From Patescibacteria group bacterium (GTDB taxonomy: Bacteria; Patescibacteriota; Patescibacteriia; Buchananbacterales; UBA6539), in the NCBI GenBank assembly GCA_041662625.1, contig JBAZSB010000002.1, positions 85,497-149,496 of the forward strand: a stretch of 64,000 bases of DNA, in the 5' to 3' direction. Both the position numbers and the translations under genes were made by a program. Shown here piece by piece: positions 18,350-28,474 of the stretch. The first letter of the stretch is position 1, and every line of letters starts with the position of its first letter. A model generated the notes under the pieces. It was given only the letters and a program-made list of their open reading frames with translations, had not been told where the DNA came from and searched no databases.

Positions 18350-18750
18350 TCGAGTACTTAAAATACTTTTTTAACCTAAACCATTTATTCAACCTCCGGC
18401 CAGGAGTGATGCATAACCAGGCAATTATAATTTTGGCTGTAGCTTTTGGCTTACTAATAATTTTAGGAATTGTCAGTAAAGTTCTTGTGACAAAAACCAA
18501 AGATGGTCTGAAAGTAAAAGGCTGGCGGCGGCTTTTCCATCTATCTTTAACTATCGGCATCCTGGGTTTTGTTTATCTTTTTTTTGCCTGGCAAGGAGTG
18601 AGTTTGCTGGCCAGCCGGTTTTGGCTGCTAATTTTAGGGTTAACCGCTTTAGTCTGGTTGGGTTTTATTGCCAAATACCTCATGTGGGATGTGCCAAAAT
18701 TGAGAAAAGGCATTGAGGAAAAAAGAAAATTCGAAAAGTATATTCCATAA
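18346..18750 (+). CDS. Hypothetical membrane protein
   Basis: 3 TM helices, ends KYIP; overlaps the upstream stop. Confidence 0.75.
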   Translation: MIEYLKYFFNLNHLFNLRPGVMHNQAIIILAVAFGLLIILGIVSKVLVTKTKDGLKVKGWRRLFHLSLTIGILGFVYLFFAWQGVSLLASRFWLLILGLTALVWLGFIAKYLMWDVPKLRKGIEEKRKFEKYIP

Positions 18751-18872
18751 TTAGGAAGTAGGTTGTAGGAAGTAGGTTTTAGAATCAACATAGCGCAGAG
18801 GTGCGCTTTTTTTATAACTAAGAATTACTAAGCAACCTTAATTCTTGATTCATAATTCTTAATTCTAACCAT

Positions 18873-19235
18873 ATGACCGACAAACTCCAACTGGGCCAAC
18901 TTGGTGAAAGACTGGCGGCTGAATATCTAACCAAGAAAGGCTACCAAATTATCGCCAAAAATTACTCCACCCGGGGCGGCGAAATTGATCTGATTTGCCA
19001 AAAAGACAAAGTGATTCATTTTATCGAGGTCAAAACCCGGACTAACCAAAAATTCGGCTGGCCCGAAGAAGCCGTGACTGATGAAAAGCTGGAAAAAATA
19101 ATTATGGCTAGTGAAAAATATTGCCAAGAGTATGATTTAAATTCTGAATGGCAGATTGATATCATTAGTATCCTGATTAATCAGGCAACTAGAATTGCTG
19201 AATTAAGGCATCTGAAAAATATCGCCATTACCTGA
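18873..19235 (+). CDS. YraN-family (UPF0102) endonuclease
   Basis: GQLGERLAAEYL..KGY, GEIDLI, FIEVKTR. Confidence 0.9.
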   Translation: MTDKLQLGQLGERLAAEYLTKKGYQIIAKNYSTRGGEIDLICQKDKVIHFIEVKTRTNQKFGWPEEAVTDEKLEKIIMASEKYCQEYDLNSEWQIDIISILINQATRIAELRHLKNIAIT

Positions 19236-19364
19236 TTCTTGACAGAAATTCGGGCTTGCTCTATACTAAATTCATATTCAGATATTGATGTTTTTGGTCG
19301 CCACTGGCGGCCTTTTTTAAAAGCTCCCTACCGATCTACAAACTACTTACTACTACCTAAAAAT

Positions 19365-20774
19365 ATGGACCAACAATCAGTTGCCGAAGCGGTAAAACAA
19401 ATCTGCAGTGAAAAGGGCATCCCCCTAGAATCAGTTATTGAAACGATTGAAGCGGCTCTGGCCGCAGCCTACCGCAAAGACTTCGGCGAGAAAAACCAGA
19501 ACATTAAAGTTGATTTTGATTTAGCAAGTGGCAAATCAAAAGTTTTTGATATTAAAACCGTGGTGGAAGATATGCCCGAAATTGAAGAAATTGAAGAGGA
19601 AGAAGGCCAAGAAGCTGAGAGCTTAGAGCCAAGGGCTAAGGGCTCCGAAACTAAGAAAAAAGAGGTAGTCAAAGAAGCTCAAAGCCCAGAGCTCAAAGCT
19701 CAAGGCATTGAAGGCGAAGTTGTAGCTGAAGAAGAAATCAGGCGCTTTAACCCCAAGACAGAAATTCAAATCAGTGACGCCAAAAAAATTAAAAAAAGCT
19801 ATAAAGTTGGCGATGAAATCAAAACTGAATTAGAAATTCCTGGGGATTTTGGCCGCATGGCCGCCCAGACCGCCAAACAAGTTATTGTCCAGAAATTACG
19901 GGAAACCGAACGAGAAACTTTATACGAAGAATTCAAAAAACAAGAAGGCGAAATTCTGGTTGGCACTGTCCAAAGAAAAGAAGGCAGCTTGGTTTTAGTT
20001 GACCTGGGCCGCCTCACGGCTCTTTTGCCGCCTGAAGAACAAATCAGAAGTGAAAATTATACGCCGGGTGGCCATCTTAAAGTTTATGTTGTCTCGGTCA
20101 ACACCACGACCAAAGGGCCAGAAGTAATTGTCTCGCGATCACATCCGGAAATTGTTAAAAAACTTTTCAGCCTGGAAATTCCGGAAATTGCCAGCGGCGT
20201 AGTGGAAGTCAAAGCGATTGCCCGTGAGGCCGGCTCCCGCTCAAAAATCGCCGTTTGGACCAAACAAGAAAACATTGATCCAATTGGCTCCTGCATCGGT
20301 CAAAGGGGAGCACGGATTCAAACAATTATTTCTGAACTTAAAGGAGAAAAAGTTGATATTATTAAATATAGTGATGATCCCGCTGAATATATTGCTAATG
20401 CCTTATCACCGGCAAAAATTCTGGATATCAAAACTAATGATAACGAAAGAACGGCTGTGGCCCAAGTGGCCGAAGATCAGCTTTCGCTGGCAATCGGCAA
20501 GGCGGGCCAAAATGTCAGATTAGCCGCTAAACTTACCGGCTGGAAAATTGATATTGCTTCAGAAGCCGGAAAAAAACTCAGGGAAGAAAAAGAAGCAAGA
20601 GAAAAGAAGGAAGCGGAAGCAGAAGAACCAGCGGAGAAAGAGAAGGAAGAAGAAAAGACTCAAGAGACCGAACCGAAAAAAGAAGCTAAGGAAAAAAAGG
20701 AAAAGAAAGTAAAGAAAGAAACTAAAGAGAAAAAAACAAAAGTAAAGAAAGAAAAAACTAGTACCAAAGAGTAA
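19365..20774 (+). CDS. nusA: Transcription factor NusA
   Basis: FGRMAAQTAKQVI, AREAGSRSKIAV, LSLAIGKAGQNVRLAAKLTGWKIDI; start at ATG 19365. Confidence 0.97.
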   Translation: MDQQSVAEAVKQICSEKGIPLESVIETIEAALAAAYRKDFGEKNQNIKVDFDLASGKSKVFDIKTVVEDMPEIEEIEEEEGQEAESLEPRAKGSETKKKEVVKEAQSPELKAQGIEGEVVAEEEIRRFNPKTEIQISDAKKIKKSYKVGDEIKTELEIPGDFGRMAAQTAKQVIVQKLRETERETLYEEFKKQEGEILVGTVQRKEGSLVLVDLGRLTALLPPEEQIRSENYTPGGHLKVYVVSVNTTTKGPEVIVSRSHPEIVKKLFSLEIPEIASGVVEVKAIAREAGSRSKIAVWTKQENIDPIGSCIGQRGARIQTIISELKGEKVDIIKYSDDPAEYIANALSPAKILDIKTNDNERTAVAQVAEDQLSLAIGKAGQNVRLAAKLTGWKIDIASEAGKKLREEKEAREKKEAEAEEPAEKEKEEEKTQETEPKKEAKEKKEKKVKKETKEKKTKVKKEKTSTKE

Positions 20775-20849
20775 TCCAAAATAACAAAAAGAAGGTGCGA
20801 TTTATTGTTTTCACCTTTTTTTTGTTTCTTTAATTTCCTTATTTTTTTA

Positions 20850-20897
20850 TTGACTTACCCAAAGCAATATGTTACTATATTTTACTGTTCTTTGACC
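20850..20897 (+). promoter_or_regulatory. sigma70 promoter plus boxA-like motif
   Basis: TTGACT(20850)-17-TACTAT(20873); TGTTCTTTGACC at 20886. Confidence 0.6.
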
Positions 20898-21012
20898 AAA
20901 TTATTAATCTTGTTTGATCAGAACTGATTATAATTTTATTGTGGCCAGTTTTGGTCAAACAAGAGAAGTTGTGTCCAACAAACCCTACTAATGGTAGGGG
21001 GAGGGTGAAACA

Positions 21013-21549
21013 ATGAGTAAAGAGGTAAGCCCCAGAATCGTGATATGGATACTAGCGGCTATCGGGATTGGTTGCGCCGTCACGTTTATTCTCGCCCTGC
21101 GAGCCATTGTCCAACGGCCACCAGAGCCTGCCGTGACCGTGATCATTCCCGCCAACTCGGGCGCCAGCCAAGAAATGCCCCCGAAGCTCTTCTTCCGGGA
21201 AGGCTTTCCGACCCAAGAACCGGCGGTGGTCAAACTCGAGGTGCAGGATTACAAAACGGCCAACGACTCGCCCAAATACCAGGTGTCAATCTATGCTCGG
21301 CTGCGACGGGAAATCAAACCAAACCAGCCACCCCTGACACCAAGTTGTGACGTTGATGCTGATTCCGTGAGGAGTTGCGCGGCGGTCTTGAATAGCCCAA
21401 ATGAAGATGTGCCTGGCATCAAGTACGATGAAGGTTGGGTGTTCCTAGACACCTGCGATATCAACCAGGATTGCCAATGGGACATCCCGGTCCCGTTCGA
21501 CAAACAAATGATCCGGGAAGTTCGGGCCTATCTGGTCCGGCAACCGTAG
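21013..21549 (+). CDS. Hypothetical membrane-anchored Cys-containing protein
   Basis: N-terminal TM helix; GC-rich; GGGAGGG SD. Confidence 0.7.
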   Translation: MSKEVSPRIVIWILAAIGIGCAVTFILALRAIVQRPPEPAVTVIIPANSGASQEMPPKLFFREGFPTQEPAVVKLEVQDYKTANDSPKYQVSIYARLRREIKPNQPPLTPSCDVDADSVRSCAAVLNSPNEDVPGIKYDEGWVFLDTCDINQDCQWDIPVPFDKQMIREVRAYLVRQP

Positions 21550-21567
21550 CTGGAAAGGAGCCAAGAA

Positions 21568-22008
21568 ATGACAACGACACTGATAGTTTGGTGCGCGGTG
21601 ATCGCGGTAATCATCCTTCTGACTTGGTTCGGCTTTAACCGCCGCGCCAAAGCCAACAAGGCTGATTCCCAACTTTTCGCAATCACCAACCTGCATGCCT
21701 GCAGCATCTCCACGGCAAGAGACCTGATGCCGATGTCAACGGAAGGTGTCTACGAATATTCGGCTGTACTGTCGTACCGGCTGCAAAGCTGGGCAGCGTT
21801 CTTCTTCGCCGCAACAGCGACTCTCGTAGCCATACTGTGTCTGCCTTTCGGCTGGTGGTATTTTCTCCCGGCCTGGATAGCAGCGATGACTATGCTCGTC
21901 AGCCTGATCTTCAGTGCACACTTCCTTTGGCGTGAATTCCTGCTGGATTACTCTGGCCGGATTACCGAAGGTGGCGGCATCAGACCGCCAATAACGCTGA
22001 CCGAGTAA
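21568..22008 (+). CDS. Hypothetical membrane protein
   Basis: 3 TM segments; AAAGGAG SD; terminator at 22052-22073. Confidence 0.7.
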   Translation: MTTTLIVWCAVIAVIILLTWFGFNRRAKANKADSQLFAITNLHACSISTARDLMPMSTEGVYEYSAVLSYRLQSWAAFFFAATATLVAILCLPFGWWYFLPAWIAAMTMLVSLIFSAHFLWREFLLDYSGRITEGGGIRPPITLTE

Positions 22009-22204
22009 GGGGCAAAATAGGGGGAGGAGAATTCACACAACTTTATGGATGAAGACCCACTGGGTCTTCTTTTCTTACAATTTTAATTGACCTGAAACTA
22101 GATTTCTGCTAAAATTAATAAGCATTTTTTACTAATAATTTTACTTGAGAAGTAAAAGTAGCTGAAAAAACTTACCTACCTCCTACTTCCTACCTCCTAA
22201 TCTT

Positions 22205-23488
22205 ATGAAAACAGAAATCAATAAACTTCCCCGCGGCCAGGTTGAATTAACCATCGAACTAAGTATTGATGAATATCAGCCTTTTTTAGAACAGGCGGCT
22301 AAAACTATCTCGGAAGTAACGAAAATCCCGGGGTTCCGGCCGGGTAAAGCTGGTTTAGATATTGTTAAACAAAAAGTGGGGGAAGACAAAATCTGGCAAG
22401 AGGCGTTGGAACCAGCGGTGAGAAAAACTTTTTTACAAGCTCTGGATAAACAAAAGTTGCCGACCGTGGGTTCGCCAGAAATTGATGTGATCAAACTGGC
22501 ACCCGGCAACCCCGTGATTTATAAAGCCAAAGTTAATCTGCTCCCAAAAGTGGAGCTAGGTGATTTAACAAAAATTAAAGTTAGCCGCAAGCCGGTGGTA
22601 ATCAAACCTGAGGAAATCAGCCAAACAATAAGTAATATCCAAAAATCGCAAGCCAAAGAAAGCTTAGTCAGCCGCCCAGCCCAAAAAGGCGATAAAGTCG
22701 AAATTGATTTTTCCGTCTCTTTGGACCAAATCCCAATTGACCAGGGCCAAAGCCAAAATTTTCCTTTGGTCATCGGGGAAAAAGCATTTATTCCCGGCTT
22801 TGAAGAACAACTTATTGGCCTTAAAAGCGGCGAGGAAAAAAAATTCAGTTTGGAGTTTCCGAAGAATTACCACCAAAAAAACCTAGCCGGCCGCCTAGCC
22901 GATTTTAAAGTTAAACTCAATGCTGTCTATAATTTGGAATTACCAAAACTGGATGATGATTTCGCCAAAAGCCTCGGCCAGTTTCAAACCGTCAAAGATT
23001 TGGAAGAAGGGGTAAAAAATAAATTAACTAATGATGCTGAATTTCAGGAAAATCAAAGGTTAGAAGAAGAAATTATCGATGCCATCATTAATCAAAGTAA
23101 ATTTGATGATATCCCTGATCTTCTAATTAATACTGAAACAAAAAAAATGCTGGAGGAATTAGAACAAAGCATCAGCCAAAACGGACTTAAATTTGAAGAT
23201 TACTTAAGCCATCTTAAAAAAACCCAAGACGAGTTACTGCTGGATTTTGTGCCCCAAGCAATTAAACGGGTGAAAGGGGCTTTAATCCTCCGCCAGGCAG
23301 GCGAACTAGGTAAAATTCAAGCGACCGAAGAAGATATTGCCGAAGAAATCAAACAAACCAAAGTCTTATATCAAAATAATCCCGAAATTAGTAAACAAAT
23401 TGATAGCCCGGCTTATCACCAATACCTAAAGAATATCCTGACTGGCCGAAAAACTATGGAGTACCTTAAGTCGCTGACAGTAAAATAA
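22205..23488 (+). CDS. tig: Trigger factor
   Basis: IPGFRPGKA, FIPGFEEQLIG, LDDDFAKSLG. Confidence 0.96.
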   Translation: MKTEINKLPRGQVELTIELSIDEYQPFLEQAAKTISEVTKIPGFRPGKAGLDIVKQKVGEDKIWQEALEPAVRKTFLQALDKQKLPTVGSPEIDVIKLAPGNPVIYKAKVNLLPKVELGDLTKIKVSRKPVVIKPEEISQTISNIQKSQAKESLVSRPAQKGDKVEIDFSVSLDQIPIDQGQSQNFPLVIGEKAFIPGFEEQLIGLKSGEEKKFSLEFPKNYHQKNLAGRLADFKVKLNAVYNLELPKLDDDFAKSLGQFQTVKDLEEGVKNKLTNDAEFQENQRLEEEIIDAIINQSKFDDIPDLLINTETKKMLEELEQSISQNGLKFEDYLSHLKKTQDELLLDFVPQAIKRVKGALILRQAGELGKIQATEEDIAEEIKQTKVLYQNNPEISKQIDSPAYHQYLKNILTGRKTMEYLKSLTVK

Positions 23489-23494
23489 AGGGTT

Positions 23495-23995
23495 ATGAAA
23501 ATTGCTATTGTCTCTGACTCTCATGATAATCTGCCCAACATTGAAAAAATGTTAGATTTTGTTAATAAAAATGAGATTAAAATAATAATTCATTGCGGTG
23601 ACTTGGCCGCGCCTTCAATTATCATCGAGGAATTAGGACCTAAGTTTAAAGGTCCGATTCATTTTGTCCATGGTAATGTCGCGGACCGGGAATTGAACGA
23701 CAAATTTGCCAAAGATTTTTCTCAAGTTACTTCACATGGCGAGCTGGGCGAGCTGGAAGTTGACGGCAAAAAAATTGCTTTCTGCCATTACCCAGATCAA
23801 GCCAAAGAATTGGCCCAAAGCGGCAAATATGATTTGGTTTTTTACGGCCACAATCATACGCCCTGGGAAGAAATGATTGGCAAAACAAAAATGTTAAACC
23901 CCGGAACTTTGGCCGGAATGTTTAATAAAGCTACATTCGCCATTTACGACACCAAAACTGACAAGGCAGAATTAATTTTATTAGAGAAGTTATAA
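23495..23995 (+). CDS. YfcE/MJ0936-family metallophosphoesterase
   Basis: SDSHDN, HCGD, GN, GHNH, LNPG. Confidence 0.9.
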   Translation: MKIAIVSDSHDNLPNIEKMLDFVNKNEIKIIIHCGDLAAPSIIIEELGPKFKGPIHFVHGNVADRELNDKFAKDFSQVTSHGELGELEVDGKKIAFCHYPDQAKELAQSGKYDLVFYGHNHTPWEEMIGKTKMLNPGTLAGMFNKATFAIYDTKTDKAELILLEKL

Positions 23996-24032
23996 TAAAC
24001 TCGCTTAAGATTGCTTTTACCAGCTTTAAACT

Positions 24033-24794
24033 ATGAAAAGCTTTATCATTCAACTGGCAAAAAAAACTGGCGACCAAATTCTTCAACACTTCAACAAAGA
24101 CAGAGTCATCAGAATTAAAAAGAAATCCCAGGTTGTCACCCAGGCTGACTTGATTGCCGACCAAATTATCATTAAAAGCCTTCGAAAAAAATTCCCTGGG
24201 TACGGAATTTTGAGCGAAGAGTCGGGCCAGCATAAAACTCAATCAAAATATCTTTGGGTAATTGACCCCCTCGATGGAACAACTAATTACGCCATCGGCA
24301 GCCCTTTGTTTGCCGTCGGCATTTCCTTATTTTTTGAAAACCAACCAATTTTGGCTTGTGCCTATATGCCGGCAATGAAAGAGCTTTATTTTGCCCAAAA
24401 AGATAAAGGCGCTTTTTTAAACAATAAAAAAATAAAAGTTTCTAAAAGCACTCGTTTGGCTGAATCATTTTTGACTTTCTGCCATGGCAGTGCCAGAAAA
24501 GACATTAAACGCGCTCTTGAAGTCTATAACAAAATTAAACTTATTACTGTTGACTCCCGTCAGCTGGGTGCGGCCGCCGTTGAAATGGGCTTTGTTGCTT
24601 GTGGCCGGACCGACTGCATTATTATTCCCGGTGCCCATGCCTGGGATGTCGGCCCGGGCACATTATTAGTCAGGGAAGCCGGGGGCCAAGTCACTGATTT
24701 TGCCGGGGCGGACTGGAACCTGAAATCAAAAGACATGGTAGCTTCCAATGGCAAAATCCATGGCCAGCTGCTCAAACTTCTAAAAAATATCTAA
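24033..24794 (+). CDS. Inositol monophosphatase family protein (SuhB-like)
   Basis: LSEE, WVIDPLDGTTNY, WDVGPG, EAGG. Confidence 0.92.
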   Translation: MKSFIIQLAKKTGDQILQHFNKDRVIRIKKKSQVVTQADLIADQIIIKSLRKKFPGYGILSEESGQHKTQSKYLWVIDPLDGTTNYAIGSPLFAVGISLFFENQPILACAYMPAMKELYFAQKDKGAFLNNKKIKVSKSTRLAESFLTFCHGSARKDIKRALEVYNKIKLITVDSRQLGAAAVEMGFVACGRTDCIIIPGAHAWDVGPGTLLVREAGGQVTDFAGADWNLKSKDMVASNGKIHGQLLKLLKNI

Positions 24795-24804
24795 AGTTCA
24801 AAAT

Positions 24805-25026
24805 ATGGACATCTTGGTTAAAGTAATTCCCCGCTCCAGCCAAACTGAAATTATCGAGGAAAGACCAGACTACCTCAAAATTCGGCTCAAAGCCGCACCA
24901 GTCAAAGGCAAAGCCAATGCCGAGCTGATTAAATTTTTGGCTAAAAAATACCAAGTTAGTCAGTCGCAAGTGGAAATCATCAAAGGCTTGACCGCCAAAG
25001 AAAAATTGGTTAGAATCTATCAGTAA
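24805..25026 (+). CDS. DUF167/YggU family protein
   Basis: VKVIPRSS, APVKGKANAELIKFLA, IIKGLT. Confidence 0.88.
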   Translation: MDILVKVIPRSSQTEIIEERPDYLKIRLKAAPVKGKANAELIKFLAKKYQVSQSQVEIIKGLTAKEKLVRIYQ

Positions 25027-25123
25027 TTAAAGTTAAAAATAAAAACACCGGTCAAACCGGTCAAAAGAAAAACAAAAAAATCGCTAAATTTGGCGATTTT
25101 TTGCTATTCTACAACCGAAACTA

Positions 25124-25152
25124 TTGACAAAGTTTTTAAATTATGCTACCAT
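25124..25152 (+). promoter_or_regulatory. sigma70 promoter
   Basis: TTGACA-17-TACCAT with extended TG. Confidence 0.65.
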
Positions 25153-25159
25153 AATCAGT

Positions 25160-25493
25160 TATTTCGACCATTGAAAAATCGGCAATTTCAATCTGCTCAA
25201 AAGTCTGCAGACAGCCCAAACCGGGTCGCAACACCCTCCGCGGTGCTTATTGTGCCAAGCAGAGAGGGGGCTCTTAGTGCCTGTAGAAATTTGGATAGCA
25301 AGTAACATTTGTACCTTTCAATACAAACCTCCTTTCACTTGCTGTCCAATTTCTGCAGGCACGACAAGCACGGAGTTTGTTTCTTGGAAAATTCGGCTTT
25401 GGCTCAATTCCTCCCAGAAATAAACTTCTTGTCTGCAGACTTCTGAGTAGATTAATCAGGAAACCACTCACTATAACTAACGAGTGGTTTTTT
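25160..25493 (+). ncRNA. Putative ~330-nt multi-branched non-coding RNA
   Basis: Closing stem 25190-25213/25430-25453 and three internal arms. Most mismatches are G-U on the + strand. Promoter upstream and terminator at 25461-25493. Confidence 0.65.
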
Positions 25494-25517
25494 GTTAATT
25501 TCAAACCTTAAGCTAAA

Positions 25518-27416
25518 TTATTGACTTGGGGTTTCAACCACTGGCAAATCTTCGGCTGGGGGCGTAGTCTGATCGGTAGGCGTAAGCTCATCAGTACTAG
25601 TCGCCGTCAGCTCTTTACCTACTAGCCAAACTTCTGGCCAGGCGACATAATGACTTTTGAATTCCTGTTCCTTCACCTCACCATTAGGATATGTGACCGT
25701 ATATTTAAAATAAGTATCCGCCCCTTTATGAGCAGTTTCGATCTTTTTCTTTTCACCCGGTTTTAAATCCTCGGTTTCAATGTAGCGTGGCTCACCCGGG
25801 CTAGAAATATTAAATATTGATGGCGGATCAGGGGAAATTTCTATTTGGCGACCGTCTTTGGTGCCATAAAATTCAAAAATCAAAGTGTCACCGGAAATTC
25901 GGGTGGTAAATAAAACGTAATACCCGGTGTCATTGATAAACTTCATATCCGGGGCGGGATTATAAATAGTGGCATCCATGCCTGCGGGTTCGTAATACAC
26001 CACGCGATAAGAATGATTCTGCCGTTTGGTAATCGGCAAGCCGGAATATAAAGCGGCCCGAAAAGTCGTAGTGCCAATCTGGCAAAGACCACCGCCGTAT
26101 TCCGGAATAGTTCGGTCGCCTTTAATAACCAACTCCTGCTTATAGCCATGCTCACCATCAACCGGACCCAAAGCTTTAAGTAAAGAAAACTCTTCATCTG
26201 GTTTAATTAAAATTCCATTTAAACTGGCGGCGCCAACCGCAATATTATGCCGCCGGTTTTTTGGACTGCCGGCAAAATTAGAAGTCCCTCGACCAATTAT
26301 TTCTTTAATCCCTAAATTGGTCACATCAGTATCAGCCGTTTTAATTCTGGCCGGCTGAACAATAACCACTAACTCAATATCTTTGGCTTCGCCAGTAATA
26401 ACTTGGCTGTTAATTTTTTGGTAACTAGCTTCTGAATCCAAAGTTTTGCCATCTTGGCTAGCCTGAAATTCAGTCACCCGGTCGTTTTCTATTTTCATCT
26501 TGCCATCTTGAACTTCAATGTTGACCGCTTCAATAATTGGCTTTAAAAATTCTAAAACTTTATCTTGGTTAAGACCAAGGACCACTTCACCATTAACGAA
26601 CTGAAATTCTAGCCAATTAACCAATTCTTCTTTTTTAATCTCCCACTCCTGAGAATCGGCAATTAATTTTATTGATTCAATGGCTAGAATTTTCTCCAGG
26701 CTATTGACCGCTGAACCAGTCTGGGCTTTTTTGATTTGCGGCTCCTGGAATTTTAATTCGAAACTAATTGGGGAAAAATCCAAATTATTGATGTTTTTTG
26801 CTAATTGTTCAACGGCTTTCTGATATTCAAAAATATAGCCTGATTGCTCGCCAATTACTTCAATTTCTTTGCCTTGGATTTTCAATTGGGCACCAAGGGG
26901 CGGCTTTTCCAAACTAGCAAAGTTGGCTTGTAAAATATTAACTAACTCGGGGTAATTTAAAGAGTAAGAAATTGGGATTTGCTTTTGAAAAACGGCAAGC
27001 TTAAATTGGCTGACCAAATCATTAAATAAATTCCCTGAATGGCCAGCGGCAAAAGCGGAATCCAAAGTTTTTTCCCAGTCAAAAACTAAAATTGGATTGG
27101 CTAAATCCGGATCAGTGGCCGAAACCATAATCGGGTTGATATCCACTTCTTTTCCCGCCGCACTAAATTTCAAACCTTTAGTTTGGACATTGCCCTCAAT
27201 GGCTTTTAGTTGATCTAGTACCTGATCTTTAGTCTGACCGCCAATTTTTAAATAGCCAATTTTCACACCGGGATAGAACCGCTGGGCATAACTAGTTTCG
27301 ACCCAAAAAATTAGGCCGGCACCAACTAAAACTAAAATAAAAAAAGCGGCGGCCACAATTAACCACCCCTTCTTACTTTTAACTTTACCCGATTTATCAA
27401 AAGGTTTATTTGTCAT
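25518..27416 (-). CDS. VanW-family protein with peptidoglycan-binding domains
   Basis: NRRHNI, GGGLCQIGTTTFRAAL, RQNHSY, GMDATIY; N-terminal TM helix. Confidence 0.9.
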   Translation of the reverse strand: MTNKPFDKSGKVKSKKGWLIVAAAFFILVLVGAGLIFWVETSYAQRFYPGVKIGYLKIGGQTKDQVLDQLKAIEGNVQTKGLKFSAAGKEVDINPIMVSATDPDLANPILVFDWEKTLDSAFAAGHSGNLFNDLVSQFKLAVFQKQIPISYSLNYPELVNILQANFASLEKPPLGAQLKIQGKEIEVIGEQSGYIFEYQKAVEQLAKNINNLDFSPISFELKFQEPQIKKAQTGSAVNSLEKILAIESIKLIADSQEWEIKKEELVNWLEFQFVNGEVVLGLNQDKVLEFLKPIIEAVNIEVQDGKMKIENDRVTEFQASQDGKTLDSEASYQKINSQVITGEAKDIELVVIVQPARIKTADTDVTNLGIKEIIGRGTSNFAGSPKNRRHNIAVGAASLNGILIKPDEEFSLLKALGPVDGEHGYKQELVIKGDRTIPEYGGGLCQIGTTTFRAALYSGLPITKRQNHSYRVVYYEPAGMDATIYNPAPDMKFINDTGYYVLFTTRISGDTLIFEFYGTKDGRQIEISPDPPSIFNISSPGEPRYIETEDLKPGEKKKIETAHKGADTYFKYTVTYPNGEVKEQEFKSHYVAWPEVWLVGKELTATSTDELTPTDQTTPPAEDLPVVETPSQ

Positions 27417-27672
27417 TTTCGTTATTGGTTTTTAAAATTTTGTTCAAAATCGTTTTGGCTGTTTTTTCCCGGTCTTCCTGGTCAGTTTTACTGGTGCTTA
27501 AAATAATTCGGACTTTTTGGCCTTTATCAGAATCTTCCGGCAAATTTTTGATTGGCCAAAGCAACTTTTGGCCATCCTCAACTATAATTACGGCCATTTT
27601 ATCCTCAAACCGATCAATCGTCCCTTCAAAAAAATAGCGGTCTTTTGTTTGATCTAAATCATCACTGGTCAT
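27406..27672 (-). CDS. DUF3006-family protein
   Basis: TIDRFEDKMAVI...LP..EDSDKG. Confidence 0.75.
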   Translation of the reverse strand: MTSDDLDQTKDRYFFEGTIDRFEDKMAVIIVEDGQKLLWPIKNLPEDSDKGQKVRIILSTSKTDQEDREKTAKTILNKILKTNNENDK

Positions 27673-27673
27673 C

Positions 27674-28126
27674 TTACTCCTCTTTTATTTTGATCGGAAT
27701 ATTTCTTTTCCTTTCAAGCTTAGGTAGGGTAATAGTTAGCACCCCATTTTTTAAAGTTGCTGAAATCTTATCACTTTTTACTTCGGTTGGCAAGATGATC
27801 GAACGGGAAAAGTTGCCCCAGTAACATTCCTGGAAAAAATAGTCTTTTCCATCCACGGCCTGCTCGTGACTCCGACTGCCGCGGATAGTCAGCATGTCGT
27901 TATTAACCGAGATATCCAAATCCTGCGGCCGCACGCCGGCAATGGTTGATTTGATATAAATGTTTTTGTCATCCTGATAAACATCCAAAAGCAGCTGACC
28001 TTCATTTTCTTCATCTAACCAATTTCGGCCAAGTAATGAATCATCTTCATGATAAAAAGCAACTTTCCCCCCGGCCGAAGACTCGTTTTTAGCCAATAAT
28101 TTTTGTTTCTTTTTTAATAACCCCAT
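27674..28126 (-). CDS. Hsp20/alpha-crystallin small heat shock protein
   Basis: DVYQDD, ECYWGNFSRSIILP, ATLKNGVLTITLPK. Confidence 0.93.
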   Translation of the reverse strand: MGLLKKKQKLLAKNESSAGGKVAFYHEDDSLLGRNWLDEENEGQLLLDVYQDDKNIYIKSTIAGVRPQDLDISVNNDMLTIRGSRSHEQAVDGKDYFFQECYWGNFSRSIILPTEVKSDKISATLKNGVLTITLPKLERKRNIPIKIKEE

Positions 28127-28474
28127 TGTTTTAAATTTTATTGTCCGATTTTATTGCGCTCTTATTATATAAAATTAGGCTAATAAAAGCAAGAAAAACT
28201 CGCATCGGCAAAGTGCTTTGGTGCGAGTAAAAGTCAGGAGTTCTCTTCCCTAATCCGTCTTCCCCATGACAAAAATGGCTATCATTTAATCCGGCAAACG
28301 CCCAAAGGAATTCGCATCAACGGTCCAAAGCCGCTAGGGCAATGAGTGACCTGGTAGATCAGGTAGGGATGATATTCGTTTTATCTGGGCTAGGCTGAAT
28401 CTCCAAAATCCCAAGTTCTTGACAAAATAAAGAAGGTATGCTATAATTGAATATTGTTAAAATCCATAAATCTT

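Noticed and set aside
28290-28365. c-di-GMP-I riboswitch (GGCAAAC)
   Set aside because: The following GAAA tetraloop, GACGCAAAGC and receptor elements are missing.
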